In this document: piece after piece, positions 39,273 to 51,835 of the stretch
How the letters are laid out: every line of letters begins with the position of its first letter
Numbering within the stretch: the stretch's first letter is position 1
Assembly (NCBI GenBank): GCA_002633005.1
Contig: NMRA01000117.1
Span: forward strand, 186,001-250,000
Origin: Phoronis australis
Lineage: Eukaryota; Animalia; Phoronida
Length of the DNA: 64,000 nucleotides
Reading direction: 5' to 3'
Notes under the pieces: model-generated
The model's database searches: none
Told to the model about the DNA's origin: nothing
The model's input: the letters and a program-made list of their open reading frames with translations, nothing else
Position numbers and translations under genes: made by a program

Positions 39273-42200
39273 TTATATGGGTTCTCCGTGTATTTAAAAA
39301 ATTACAGCTCTCAGTGTAACGTTCTACATCGTTATGCATGTAACAGTAATCACCGGTCTTACATATGCTTTTCTAACCGTGGGATTTCCCAAAACTCTCC
39401 GTGTTTAATTCTTTGCAAAATACACTTAATTTACGTTTTTAAATAAACTTGCATTGCACTTTATCTCATTATAGATGTACTTATTTCTGTTGTTATCTCC
39501 ATTGTTCTTCTTAATTGTTAACATCTATTTAATTTATTGTTACTCGGCGGTCAGCTATTAGCGGCCCTTTGCCTTTGTTGGCCACCCAGTCATATAACAA
39601 TGTATGTTTTTATATGATTTAAAAAAATAAAAGTTTCTCTTTCTTTACTGCTAGGTACAACCCATGTATATTTGTACTGCGTAATGATTTAACCGTTCAA
39701 ACTGCTTGGCCCCACAGCTGTTGAACTGGAAAATTTCAGGTCAATTCAATCATAATTCCCAATTGTTAATTGATGTTTGTGTATCATACAAACATGTAGG
39801 GCCTGGGTTTTCATTGCACTATCGAGTGCCGGGGTTAGTGAGTAGCACTCATGTTTTAAGATCCGTGTACGGAGCATGTTACTCAAGAATTACTTTACTT
39901 GGTTCTTTTGGCGCCATATGTCGGTGGGAGTTAAAATACCCATGACCCCTCTCAGAGAGTTGGTGTGTTGGAGTGTTCGGAAACTCCAGAGAGTAAGCCT
40001 GAAGAATAAAACTAAGGTTGCAGACAAATCGCATGCAATGAAGTATATGAAATCCTTCCCGGATGCCTCATCTGTGTGCTAAGTGCACCCGGAAAGTTTT
40101 GTTATCTAACCACCTCGCAGGAAGGTAGTCTCAAGTTCAATGGCTAATCAAAAGATATAGCAATGGGGGAACGGCGAATGTGATACTCTTTCACCCCTGA
40201 AACTGTATTGTCTCACCAGGTTCTCATCTTCTTCGGTCAAAACGTGTAACGGCAGAAAGTGACACCTCGGAAAGATCAGTAACCGGACACTAAGGTAACG
40301 TCAATTTAGCATGCACAACTTTATAGCCCTGTTAGAGCTCAAACCCCCTTCGGCTTTACTCAATTCCTACTTTTATGTGAAAGACATGACGAATTGTTGC
40401 TGGAATTTCAGTCATTGACTCAAAATACATTTTGAGACATCAGACATTTCCATGTAGATTGCTTCTCCAGTAGCCAGGACCTTATCGACGTGACTGTACT
40501 TTTAGCCAAATCTCTACAAAACTGTAGAATTTAATTCAGCAAACATTGTGTGTATATGTATATGTATATAATGGCTTTATACCAATCTGCCACTAACTAG
40601 GTCACTGCTTTTTAGGAAAAATAGCAAAACAGAAAGGTACATTCATAGCAAAACAACAGGATCAATAACATGACCAAATTTCGTATGATACAAATGTTCA
40701 AAATGAAATATCAAAGCGCTGTTACACTTTTTTGAATTATCGTTCCCTTTTCGTTTTATGCAATTAAAAATTATAAAATTCACATCAATCATTTTTATAT
40801 CCCTCGTACAAAAGTGAATTTTTTTAAAAACAATTCTTAAAAACGCATTAGAGAACAGTGTATAAGCACAGTATCTGAAAGTTTCATGTTAATCCGACCC
40901 CCAGCCATTACTGAGGTTTGATGTTCCATGTTTGGCCAAAATTTGGACATTTTCTAGGGTCCTAGGCGTAACTTTAACCCACCCATTCGACCACATAAGT
41001 TCTTATTACCATGCCTCGAAAAGTTCGCCAAAACGTACCTCAGGTTTTACTCCCATTCACTGAAACACGTCTAGAACAAAACCCCCATCATTTCATGTTG
41101 CTTTGTAGTCACCAAGTTTGTTCTTCCATATCTACTAATATTTTAGCATGTGCCTACGCACTCATTAGAATCTCGGCTCTTTTCACTGTTCTGTGTACAT
41201 CTCCAATAGATTTCTATAGTTTCTGCTTTATTCAAGAGACAGCATATTCACTGTAGTAGAGCAGTTACCTCATTAGCAATGTATTCACAACAATAACACA
41301 TTCGTTAAAATAAACTGATATATCGTGGACTAATTTTTCGAAATATTTGGCTTCAGAAATTGAATTCATTGCTAACAGTTAAGTTAGGGTCATTTTTAGC
41401 CAAAGAAATGAGATAAAAATTCGTCAAAATAGATGATCTAGTAACCGTTGAGGGTTTAGCAGCTCTTTAAACCATGGTAGACAAAAATGTGGCCAGCGAG
41501 ATCTGATGCCGGACAAGAGAGCAGTGGACTAGACTGATATCTGGACTAGCCCCAATTTAGAAACCGCTGTCGTCTGAAGTTGAAACCAAAAGGGAGCTTT
41601 TGTAATGATAAGGGTAAAAAAATTGATCGAGGTTGTACTTAAAAGAAGAAGTGCAGTGGCAATTGACGATATTATTGTCGCCCAGGATTTTCTCGAATTT
41701 CAGTGTTCCCGGAATGAGCACACGACAAAACACTTTCTGTCAATTAATCGCGATCTATAGCGACAAGGCAGGCGTGTTTTATTATCACGGCTAAATCGAT
41801 AAACGGATATGATTTCGCTTTGTCAGTCGACAGTCGAACAGAAATCATTCTTTTATCACCAGTCAAGAATAAATAATAGAGTACACTTATTGACGAGTGG
41901 CCAAATGCGCACAAGTAAGGCCAGAATATTAGACACCTGTGGCATGGCTCACTAAAATGTCGTAAATTATGTCTTTTTTACATATACTGGCTAAATGGAG
42001 ACTGATGTCAAAACTTACGACTGCTGAGCAATCTTTATTTAGACACAGTATAAAAAAACACTCTTACTTAAATAGAGCAGGCGCCTTGTTCGTAAAACCG
42101 TGAACTTATTGGTGTAAATTGTCTCAAATAATGTTGCCTTCAGTCGTAAAGTGCTGCCTTTGTCGAATTCCATGTGACTGACACGCCGGGACCGACGTCG

Positions 42201-42854
42201 ATTGCAAGCAGTCTCAGGTGAATTGACCACTGCGGTTGCGTTAATTGAATTCATAGCATTGTTTTATACTTTTGATGGATAGAATGCACAAATTCTAGTA
42301 GCAATGAAAGTCCTATCTGGGTTGCATTCCCAGGTTGCATTCCGTAAACGCCGAGACACGTGTAAAGTTAGGGAGATAATAGGTTTCTTTTGTAATGCTT
42401 GGTGGTACCTCATGAAGACTTGTGTAGTTTCACCTTTCTCGCAAGAATTTTCGGTCACCTCTTATATAGGCGCACAAGCCTATATTTCGAAAATTACTAT
42501 CAGAAAGTCCCGGAATCATATTGCATCCCTGCAATTTTTACCCGATTTCGAATGCAGAGTGAGTATCGTCATTCGAATTATTGAAACATTTTATAGATTA
42601 GACTTCCTTGCATATTTTATGAAGCTTTCGAATATTGATTGGTAGAGTTTGTTTGTTTTTAAAGTCAATAACATTTTGAAGACCCTCGTTTTGCGGAACC
42701 AGTTTCAATTCTATAAAAGTGCTGCGCACAACACTTTTTATCAAAATTTAATCACTAAAGTGTATATGGTATGGGAATTTATCTTACAGAGAACTTCAAT
42801 TCGTATATTCGGAAATGGCGTACATAACCTTTTAGCAGCCCAACTATAAGACCT

Positions 42855-43004
42855 GGCTCCCGTTCAGTAACGCTAGGACCTCTCTAAAAAGCAAGACTGC
42901 GAGATTACGTAAGATATTGCCTTGTATTTTAAATGAGAACACGTGACTATGCTAGATTTTAGCTAAGTCCTAGCGTAGGTCCTAGCGTTACTGAACGCAC
43001 GGCC
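42855..43004. mobile_element. ~150-bp MITE (second copy, inverted, at 55996-56148)
   Basis: TIR CGTTCAGTAACGCTAGGACCT / AGGTCCTAGCGTTACTGAACG; internal sequence shared with the other copy. Confidence 0.75.
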
Positions 43005-43567
43005 GGTCGTACTTAAGGGGTCAAAAAAATCGGAACATACGCCAGCAACAATTGACATGCAATACGTAATGAGGATAATATTATGTGTGTAAGTCAGTCG
43101 AAGAATGTGCTAAAATAATTTATATTGCTTGTTTCTCATATTAAAGGTTTGCTTTTGTTTGACACTCGCCGATACTGTTCATTTTTAGAAACCGCCGGCT
43201 GCAAACTGCACATTTTTATTGTTGCTCCAAAAGTAGGCCTGTGGGCTAATATATGGGGGGGTTGTTTCTTCTATAATCATTGGTCGATAAGTTTACCATT
43301 TAATTCTCTGTTTTTCATTGTCGGGGCGTGTTCATTTTTGTTCTTATTATTTTGACATATTTATATACTTGAAAAAAAGTCTTTTGTTAAATAAAATATA
43401 GAGTCACACACATCTTTAACGGTCGATCACGCCTCATACAACTTCGTATCCAACACAGATAGATTTTGTCCAATTCAAATATGCACAGCACAATTCTTGA
43501 TTACGGGGACAGCTGTGGCCGAAAAAAGCTCATTGAAACATATGCCTTATGCAGGAAATAGGACCCT

Positions 43568-43775
43568 ATGATGTCCGGACCAGAGAACAGCAAAAACGTC
43601 GAGGATGTAGACGCAGTCCAGAATATAATTTTGCCTGTGCTGGACAAAACGCCGTCACATTGCATTAAAGACACACAACTTAAAGGAAGAAAATGTCTTT
43701 TAATGGTCACTGTGCTGGTAACAACGGTACTTATTTCTGGAGGCGTATTAGCCATTGTCTTCGCATATAATCGAG
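43568..43775 (+). CDS. Type II transmembrane serine protease, exon 1 (cytoplasmic tail and signal anchor)
   Basis: Basic KGRK followed by hydrophobic CLLMVTVLVTTVLISGGVLAIVFAY; G|GTAAG phase-1 donor compatible with the next exon. Confidence 0.75.
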
Positions 43776-45986
43776 GTAAGTGTGCATAAATTTGCAGCGT
43801 TGAGCAATAAATTGAAATAATAAATAAGCTGTCATTGGCTTTTTTGTTCCACTCATAAATACTTGTATGACAGAAATGATGTGAAGGGTGTATCGTATTG
43901 GCTCTCTCAGGATCAGCAAATTCAGTGGCGATGGAACACATTTTTGAATGAGGGACTGAGATTTGACACCAGTTTGTTCTTATGTCATTTTCCGACGGAA
44001 ATTGTAGAAAAATTAAATTTTAGACCTATAAGTTCGCGGAAATGCTTTAAAGTTTCGGAATATATTATTACTGGCTTGCGATTTAGTCTCAGCATAGAAC
44101 GAAAAGCTTGGGGGAATTCCAGAGCTCTTTGGTCAGAGGGATTGTGTTTGGTTTTTGTTTTGTCCTTTCATTTTTGATCCCGGTAAGAATATAAAGCTTC
44201 CTACACATTTTAAGCAGTGCTGTATTTTTAGGTCGATGGCATCTCACATATTCTATCGTTTTTGCAACGATATTTATTTTGGGGAGATATGTTGATTATC
44301 TTATGAAGCATGCAAATTATTAATTTACTATAGTTCCCATAATTCGCTCCAAACATAAGATAAGATTTTCATACTGTTTTACATGGTTCTTACTAAAATA
44401 CCGCGGGACACTCTTCGCCCTATTGTTACTGAGGATTTCATGAAATACATTGGGTATTTTACATAGAGCGATTACATAGAGTTGACAGTACACAGTGCTT
44501 GTCAGTACAGTTGTCGCTATTCACCGTAACCAACCGTGTTTAGTGTTGTTATTCGAACGAGGGTTGGAGTCCGAGATCGGCAAGATTAACAAAAAATCCA
44601 TGGTTATCTGACCTGACTGTTACATTCTTGGGGACAGTGTATTTTTCATTTATTTTACCGAATCAAACAGTCCACAAAAGCACCTTTTCACAGACATAAA
44701 GCAATTGAACGCGTGACACGTTTGCGTCTGTGCGCTGTTCAATAAGACAGTACGCCTTTATCTACACGTACGTTACGCCCATTGACCGTCACGGGGTTTT
44801 ACTTTTGATGTTCCTATAACAAAATTCTCAGTGGACAAGCAAATTCAGTCGGCAATGTTGTGCTCCTTTTTGTACAGTTCATATTACACACAGTGTTATA
44901 AAAGAGGTGTGATTGAATATTGCATTATTGGAGCACTAAGGGTTTTTAATTTAGTTCACATTTCTTCGTCGCCTGGAATAGGGTGTGCCAGGTGATGACA
45001 CCTTCAGTTGTCCAAATTATTGAGAAAATTAAGCGGACATTGCAGCTTCCCCATTTCTGAGGAAACTTGTTGACATGAACCACTACTTATTTTCTGTCTA
45101 GTTTACGTTTTCCACCGACTCATTTGTTACTTGTTACGGAACACAACTCCATACGTTATGTATCAAAATCCGATAATTTCGGGTTACTGGTGAACTTGTG
45201 AAACGTTAAGAATCAATCACCGTTTTGCTTCTATGGTTACGAAAACATCTCTCCATGGTACAAGCACGAAATCGTGAGATCATGTAACAATGGTCCCGGG
45301 CTTATAGTTGTAGGCTGATTGAGAATCTTTTAGTTTGTGACAACATAAAGTTACAAATCTCAGTAACGTTTTCATCATGTTTAAAAAATGTTCAACCGCT
45401 ATTTTCTGAGAGTTCGGAAATGGGTAATCGATTAGAATTTGGCCGGATTATGGTTTCAGGTGGCACTCACGCGACACCTGCGGTAAGAAATCTTGTAGAA
45501 CAAAAGCCGTGAATTTTCTTCACAATTCCATATTCCAGCTTTCGTTAGCTCTTTCCCTTCAGTGGCAGCCATTTTACTAGCCAGCTCAAATAAATAGGTC
45601 CCGAGGTAATTAGTAAACACCATGTATTTGTGCGTGATCTTCCCACTGAAGAAACTTGTACTAGGGTCTAGGGAACGCACGCCAGGTGCAACGACAACTT
45701 GAATTTAATGAATCTTTGTTTTTACCATTTTGAGTGTTTTCGAATTGCTTGACTTTAGGGATTCATGTATCCGGATCAAAGATAATGGTTTGTTTCAACA
45801 TATAGGCTAATTGATCATTGACCGTCTGGGGTCCAACAACTTTAACGCACATTATACACACCCAAGACCATTTCGTAAATGGCACTTAAATTGTAAATGG
45901 AAGACAATGTTTATGATATTTTAGCTGCTGAGCTAGGAGACGTGATTTTTTACTGCGTAATACCGCTACTTTTGTCTGCTTTGCAG

Positions 45987-46666
45987 GAAGGATACCGGAT
46001 AAGACAAATGCTCTGCAGAATATCAATCACGATGATTGGTCAGGAGATCATAAAGACATGATGTCATTGCCAACCCGATCTTCTCATTTAAATCATACAA
46101 TAGAACCTTCATCCTTGATAAACATGTTTCCTTCATCGAACCATGAGCTACTTCCACAAACACAACATTCATACCCTAAACGTAATTCAACTACAGCAGT
46201 AGTGTTAACGTTCTCCAGTGGCACACATCGCGGTTTCAATTCTTCTTATAATTCTTCGCCTTTATCGCCACCTCGATCAAATGCAACGTCATTGTCATTG
46301 TTTTTGTTGACGTCGTCTCAGTCATCCTTGCCATCGTCTACACCAATAAATTTATCACTATCGTCGTCGCCATATTTAGCACTTTCACCATCAGCATCGT
46401 TGTCACCCGTTCGTCTTCATTGTCACCGTCCATGTCACCGTCTCTACCAATAAACTTATCACTAGCATCATCCTTGTCAACAGTTTTCTCTTCCATTCAA
46501 TCTAGCTATTTAAACTTTACACATACCACAAATTCATCATCTACTGGAAATTCTTCGCATTGTTTGCCGGGATGGAGATCGTGCAACGATGGTGAATGCA
46601 TTCATCCGCAATGGGTGTGTGACAGAGAATTAGACTGTAGTGAGGGAGAAGACGAATTTAATTGCT
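45987..46666 (+). CDS. Transmembrane serine protease, exon 2 (Ser/Pro/Thr-rich stem and LDLa repeat 1); contains a one-base frameshift near 46408-46412
   Basis: TTGCAG acceptor and GTAAGT donor; ends in CLPGWRSCNDGECIHPQWVCDRELDCSEGEDEFNC. The 680-nt length is one short of phase-1/phase-1 symmetry. Confidence 0.8.
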
Positions 46667-47020
46667 GTAAGTACGACCCAGCCTTCACTGTCTGTTATAT
46701 TGAACGGAGCAATGAAAAAATGTGTGGTCTGTAGTGCGTGTTAGATTTGATAAATGATTATGATCAATTCCAGGTGTACGTAAACTTATTTCAAAAAGCC
46801 CACATAGCTCTTGAATGAAGTCCCATCAACGCCAGTGTTCTCCTGTCCGTGAATAACAGTCCTGTAAAAACGCAACACCTGTTGACTTGGCCAGTCAAAT
46901 TGCCTTTGGAAGTTATTTTTTAAGTAGCTGTCAAAAACGTCGTCCATGGAGGCTCTATTCTAAATATAAATGATTAACACGCTGACTTGAACATAGGAAT
47001 TTACATTTTGTACCTTTCAG

Positions 47021-47131
47021 CTAACTGTGGATTGCTACAATTTACCTGTTTTAATTACGAATGTGTACAACTTGATCAACGGTGTGACGGCACTTCTCAC
47101 TGCGTTGATGGCTCGGATGAAAGACAATGTG
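47021..47131 (+). CDS. Transmembrane serine protease, exon 3 (LDLa repeat 2)
   Basis: 111 nt, phase 1-1; NCGLLQFTCFNYECVQLDQRCDGTSHCVDGSDERQC. Confidence 0.92.
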
Positions 47132-47148
47132 GTGAGAATTTGCGTTAA

Positions 47149-47918
47149 AGAGGCATGAAACGCGAAAGTTCGTCAAAAATCTTTTAAACAATTCCTGACG
47201 AAAGTACCATCTCGCAGCGTCTACTACAGAGTTATTTGCTTTAACCTGTAGAGAATTTTTTTAAAAAATCACAAATTTCACAATTTTTGAAATACGTGGG
47301 AAGGAAATTTTAAAACTCTGTAGTCACCACAGAGTTTCTAATCTCCCATTTATGATAAATGTAACATGCGCTCACACTCATTCGACAAACAGCTGACTGA
47401 CAAGATCGATATTAGCATTTTAACGGCAGGTTATCATGTGTGGTCGCACTCTAAATATGAAGTCGACACCACAATATGAGGCAAGCCAGTGAAGCAAGCG
47501 ATTTCCCAAAAACAATTGTAAGTGCATTTCAAAATATATTTGAATAGTGCGATTTCTTTATAACCAATTTTAAACAGTTAGGACATCAATTCCTCTTAAT
47601 CGGACCAGCAGCTGCTTAAAGTCGCCATTGTTTTGTTTACATCAAAGGTCAAATGTCGCATGTCACAGTTTCCATAAAAAAGAAATGTGCTACGTCTATG
47701 ACTTGCTATACCAAAGGAGACGTGCTTTGCTTTGTGGAGAAAAATCGACGAAGTAAGGTTATCAGGTAGTTTATTTTTGAAATTTGAAACTAAAAGAAAG
47801 ACGCATCATCAGAAATTAAAAATCTTTTAGAAAAAACGTATAAGGTTGAATTCTGTTTCAGTGACAGAGAACCACTTTGAATAATGCAATTTTGTCTGTC
47901 ATCGCGTTCCATGCCTCC
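47149..47918. mobile_element. Non-autonomous TTAA-flanked (Kolobok-like) element, copy 1
   Basis: TTAA|AGAGGCATGAAACGCGA...TCGCGTTCCATGCCTCC|CTAA; collinear with 51836-53283. Confidence 0.7.
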
Positions 47919-48683
47919 CTAAGCCCGACAGGGAACAGGCAGAAAACATGCGAATTAGATGCGTACCTTAAGACTGACAGACCGATGAAATTTACGGTCA
48001 GTCGAAATATTTTAGATAATCTATGGTTTGCTCTTTCCTTTGTTTTCCCCAAATTAAGCAGAGAGTGCATTTCACGAGTCGAACGATATCAATAGAAAAG
48101 AAACATTTAGTAATTGCAGACTTTTACGTATTTCGGTTTCTTGCGATCAATTCCCAAATATTATTCACCTTCGAGGCTATTTCGTGGGTCACCGTCAGAG
48201 TTTTGAAGATTTGAAAATTAAACTTAAAATTTCTCTGTAAAATGTTTAGTTTGGAGAAGTTTAGTCGCGTTGAAAGACCGTCAGTTGTAAGTAGATTATT
48301 GTTAAATCGCTAAGTTGGCTTTGAAACCGGGTTTTATAAAGTTTTGAAGTGAAACTACGATGAAAAGGTCATCTTGTAACACCCACAAAAACGGACAAAA
48401 TATGAAGTCAAAGAGAATTTTCTTTCAAAGATGTGTATGAAGAAATATTCCTTCGCTTGAAATTGACACCAAGATCACAATTTTGTTGGTATTTTTCTTT
48501 TTTGGAGTAATAGCTTTACAATTATGTTGACCGGGGTTGAGTGAGTGTCGACCTCGTGGCGAAACTGGGTAGTTGTGCCCGAGGCTGCCCGGGTGAAAAT
48601 GGTTCAACATTGGGGGAGCTCACATTTGTTTCTCATGCGTATACATATAAAACTGTGTTATCAATCTGAAATAATTTTTGTAG

Positions 48684-48798
48684 CTCGTTTGATTAACAAA
48701 ACGTTGGAGGTTAACTACAAAGGCGTATTTCTGCCTGTTTGTTACGACTCCTGGCGGGAAGACATGGGAGAGAAAACGTGCAAAGAGCTAGGCCTAGG
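48684..48798 (+). CDS. Transmembrane serine protease, exon 4 (N-terminal half of SRCR domain)
   Basis: (A)RLINKTLEVNYKGVFLPVCYDSWREDMGEKTCKELGL fits the TTSP-type SRCR pattern PVC.D.W...C..LG; TAG/GTAAG bounded. Confidence 0.88.
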
Positions 48799-48985
48799 GT
48801 AAGTTTGATACCTGGGCCCGGTCTCCAATCTTTTTACTCGAAATGGAACTCGAAATTAGGTTTGGCATTTTCAACTCTACTTTTGGGCGAACTCAAGATA
48901 AGTGTCTATTATTCTATGCTCGAGTACACAATAACTTACGTAGATAATTTATTGCCCTTAGTTCACAGTTTGTAAACCCAATATT

Positions 48986-49442
48986 NNNNNNNNNNNNNNN
49001 NNNNNNNNNNNNNNNNNNNNNNNNNNNNNNNNNNNNNNNNNNNNNNNNNNNNNNNNNNNNNNNNNNNNNNNNNNNNNNNNNNNNNNNNNNNNNNNNNNNN
49101 NNNNNNNNNNNNNNNNNNNNNNNNNNNNNNNNNNNNNNNNNNNNNNNNNNNNNNNNNNNNNNNNNNNNNNNNNNNNNNNNNNNNNNNNNNNNNNNNNNNN
49201 NNNNNNNNNNNNNNNNNNNNNNNNNNNNNNNNNNNNNNNNNNNNNNNNNNNNNNNNNNNNNNNNNNNNNNNNNNNNNNNNNNNNNNNNNNNNNNNNNNNN
49301 NNNNNNNNNNNNNNNNNNNNNNNNNNNNNNNNNNNNNNNNNNNNNNNNNNNNNNNNNNNNNNNNNNNNNNNNNNNNNNNNNNNNNNNNNNNNNNNNNNNN
49401 NNNNNNNNNNNNNNNNNNNNNNNNNNNNNNNNNNNNNNNNNN
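48986..49442. other. Assembly gap (N run) bordered by a (GGT)n microsatellite
   Basis: Direct observation; could hide an SRCR exon. Confidence 0.95.
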
Positions 49443-50116
49443 GTGGGGTGGTGGTGGTGGTGGTGGTGAAGTGATGAGGTGGTGGTGATGGTAAAATATA
49501 TTTATTCAGTATAAAACTTATAACAATGCTGCTCTCCCACAAATACTAGAAACCTGGCCAACACATAAGACCTGATATGTCTCTTGTGAACCTCATTTAG
49601 GTGCACTTTGTCACAAAGACCAATTTCACGGGGGAGTGGTCCAAATCAAAAATTGTTTTTTGTCTTCATTAGAAGTCCTCTTGATAACCGCGTTGTAGTT
49701 CTAACGGCCGTCCGAATTCGGGAAAGGTACGTCGGTACCGATTACCGTCCCAGGGACTTGCGGTGGCGCATTTTTATGCTTTTGAGATGATTTGTGTAGT
49801 GATGGTTGCAGTTGATTGACTTTGTCGGTTTCGCCAAGTCAACTGGAATCTCAGAGACAGGTCAGTAATCCTGAAATCGTCATCAAGAACCAATCAGATG
49901 TCTTAGCAGGCTGGACCAAGAGGAACCGACGAAGTCAGATATGTGCAGCCCTTGTGTTCAAGTTGGCGTACGGTCACGAACTGAGAATAACACCACGAAT
50001 CATGGACAACTTAAAAATCAAATACTCAAGGCTTGATCAAATTAACTACTCCATTAAGAAACAAAAAAGCCATTTTGCAGTTCTCTAACGGCAGTCTCTA
50101 GATTCCCATTTACTTT

Positions 50117-50323
50117 GCATGCGCGCACCCAGCCTTTAATATTGGGGGGGCTCGAATCTCTGACAAAGTGGACGTTTTGCTAACAAAAAAGCGGGAAGAC
50201 TAAAAAAAAACGGGGTATCACCTTCAGGTCTGTGAACTGTGCGTCTGCGTCTTTTTAATGGACTTATGTCGGACTTTTTTTTCTCTGAGGCGGACCTTTT
50301 TACCCCCCCGGGTGCGCGCATGC
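50117..50323. mobile_element. ~200-bp MITE
   Basis: Perfect 14-bp TIR GCATGCGCGCACCC / GGGTGCGCGCATGC. Confidence 0.65.
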
Positions 50324-50757
50324 TTCGTAAGCCAAAATTGTTTACTTCCAAGCCAATGACTAGTGCACATTATTTTACTTAGATGCGGTCAGGTTATCTC
50401 CACATAGTCTCACCAGAAACTGTATTTTTAGAAGAAAGGGGCATGGTATCATTTTGTAATATCAGGCAATAAAAGCAACGTCAAGCGACCAATTCTGCTT
50501 TTGGTGAATTTTTCTATTTCCCTTTCTCGTAAATTGCTCCTTTGCTGAACTAGTTTTTAGTCGCGGACTGGACATGCTATTTGGCAGTTCAAGGTTAGTC
50601 GAATTCATGGAAGAGACGGTCTCGCCAGCAGGTTACTGCTTAGCAGCCCCTTGTTTTATGTACTCTTGTGCAAGATTTTATCTTTAACCATTTCAGAAAT
50701 TTGTGTTTATTGACTCTCATTTGATTGGTCTATTTATTAATTCTGTTCACTTTTCAG

Positions 50758-50801
50758 TAAAACATGCTCACATGGCATACAACCAGAATGTAGTTTGCCA
50801 A
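50758..50801 (+). CDS. Transmembrane serine protease, probable small exon (end of SRCR)
   Basis: TTTTCAG acceptor and GTAAGT donor; phase 2 to 1 fits the flanking exons; KTCSHGIQPECSLP supplies two Cys. Confidence 0.55.
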
Positions 50802-51517
50802 GTAAGTTTTCAAATAAAGTTTACAACTCTTGGTCATACTGACATTGCTCATTCACGATAAAGTTTGAATTAAGATTATTGACTATGAAACTATTTGCCA
50901 AACGAATTCGCTCAAGAGACTGAAATAAAACTAATTCATTTTGATAAAATTAATGAAAATTTGGTTACAGTAAGTTTCTGAGTTTGACTTTAGGTGGCGA
51001 CATTTGTAAAGTACCGTTGTTAGTGTAAATGGCCAACGTCAAAGTAAGATGAAATAAGAACTGGAGTAGTTTATGTAACTATTACTTTAAAATATAATAA
51101 AAATGAGCTTTATTCCGACCACGTAGACCTGTATCAGTGGCGGACTTAGGGGGTGGGGTGCAAGGGGGTCATGGCCCCCTAAAATTCTCGTGTGTTCCAT
51201 TTGACAGTTCAGAGGTGCGAATATCTGATGGACAAAATCGTGACTAATACTCTGCATGGCTCCCCTTAACTCAAAATCCTGGATCCGTCCCTTTATATAC
51301 AAACAGTGTTAACGAGCCTTATTTGAATACTCGTTTTTATAGAAGGAGTATTAAATTGCCTTATTTTTGTCAGGATCATTTTAATCCACACTCGTCATTA
51401 TGTGAAACGGGATGTTATTAGGTAATGGATACATTCCATTATAAATTGAGTAAAAACGTTTGCTATAATCAAGGTAGGCGCATACTTACACGTCATTACG
51501 TATTGTTCATGATTTAG

Positions 51518-51695
51518 GTTGCGGTTCGAACCAAGGGATCACAACAGCTCCAAATACTTACGTCATTGGAGGCAGAACAGCGGCACCCGGTGATTGGCCT
51601 TGGCACGTTCAGATAACGCGCGAAGGAAGACATCGATGCGGAGGGTCTCTCGTTAGTAGCCAGTGGGTGCTTACGGCAGGGCATTGTGTCAGCGG
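51518..51695 (+). CDS. Transmembrane serine protease, activation site and catalytic His exon
   Basis: [32 protein letters not shown]...[17 protein letters not shown]. Confidence 0.93.
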
Positions 51696-51835
51696 GTAAC
51701 TACATACTCTTCAAAAACATTTCTCAGTGTTTTCCTGACATCAGTGTTCACTCGTGTTTTGTAGTTTTAGTGACGTTTGCGAATGAAATTGACAGAAAAA
51801 GTTTGAATCTTAGCTTTTGCACGTGGTTTGATTGA

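Noticed and set aside
48958-49542. 194-aa ORF in the track
   Set aside because: Artefact of translating through the N gap.
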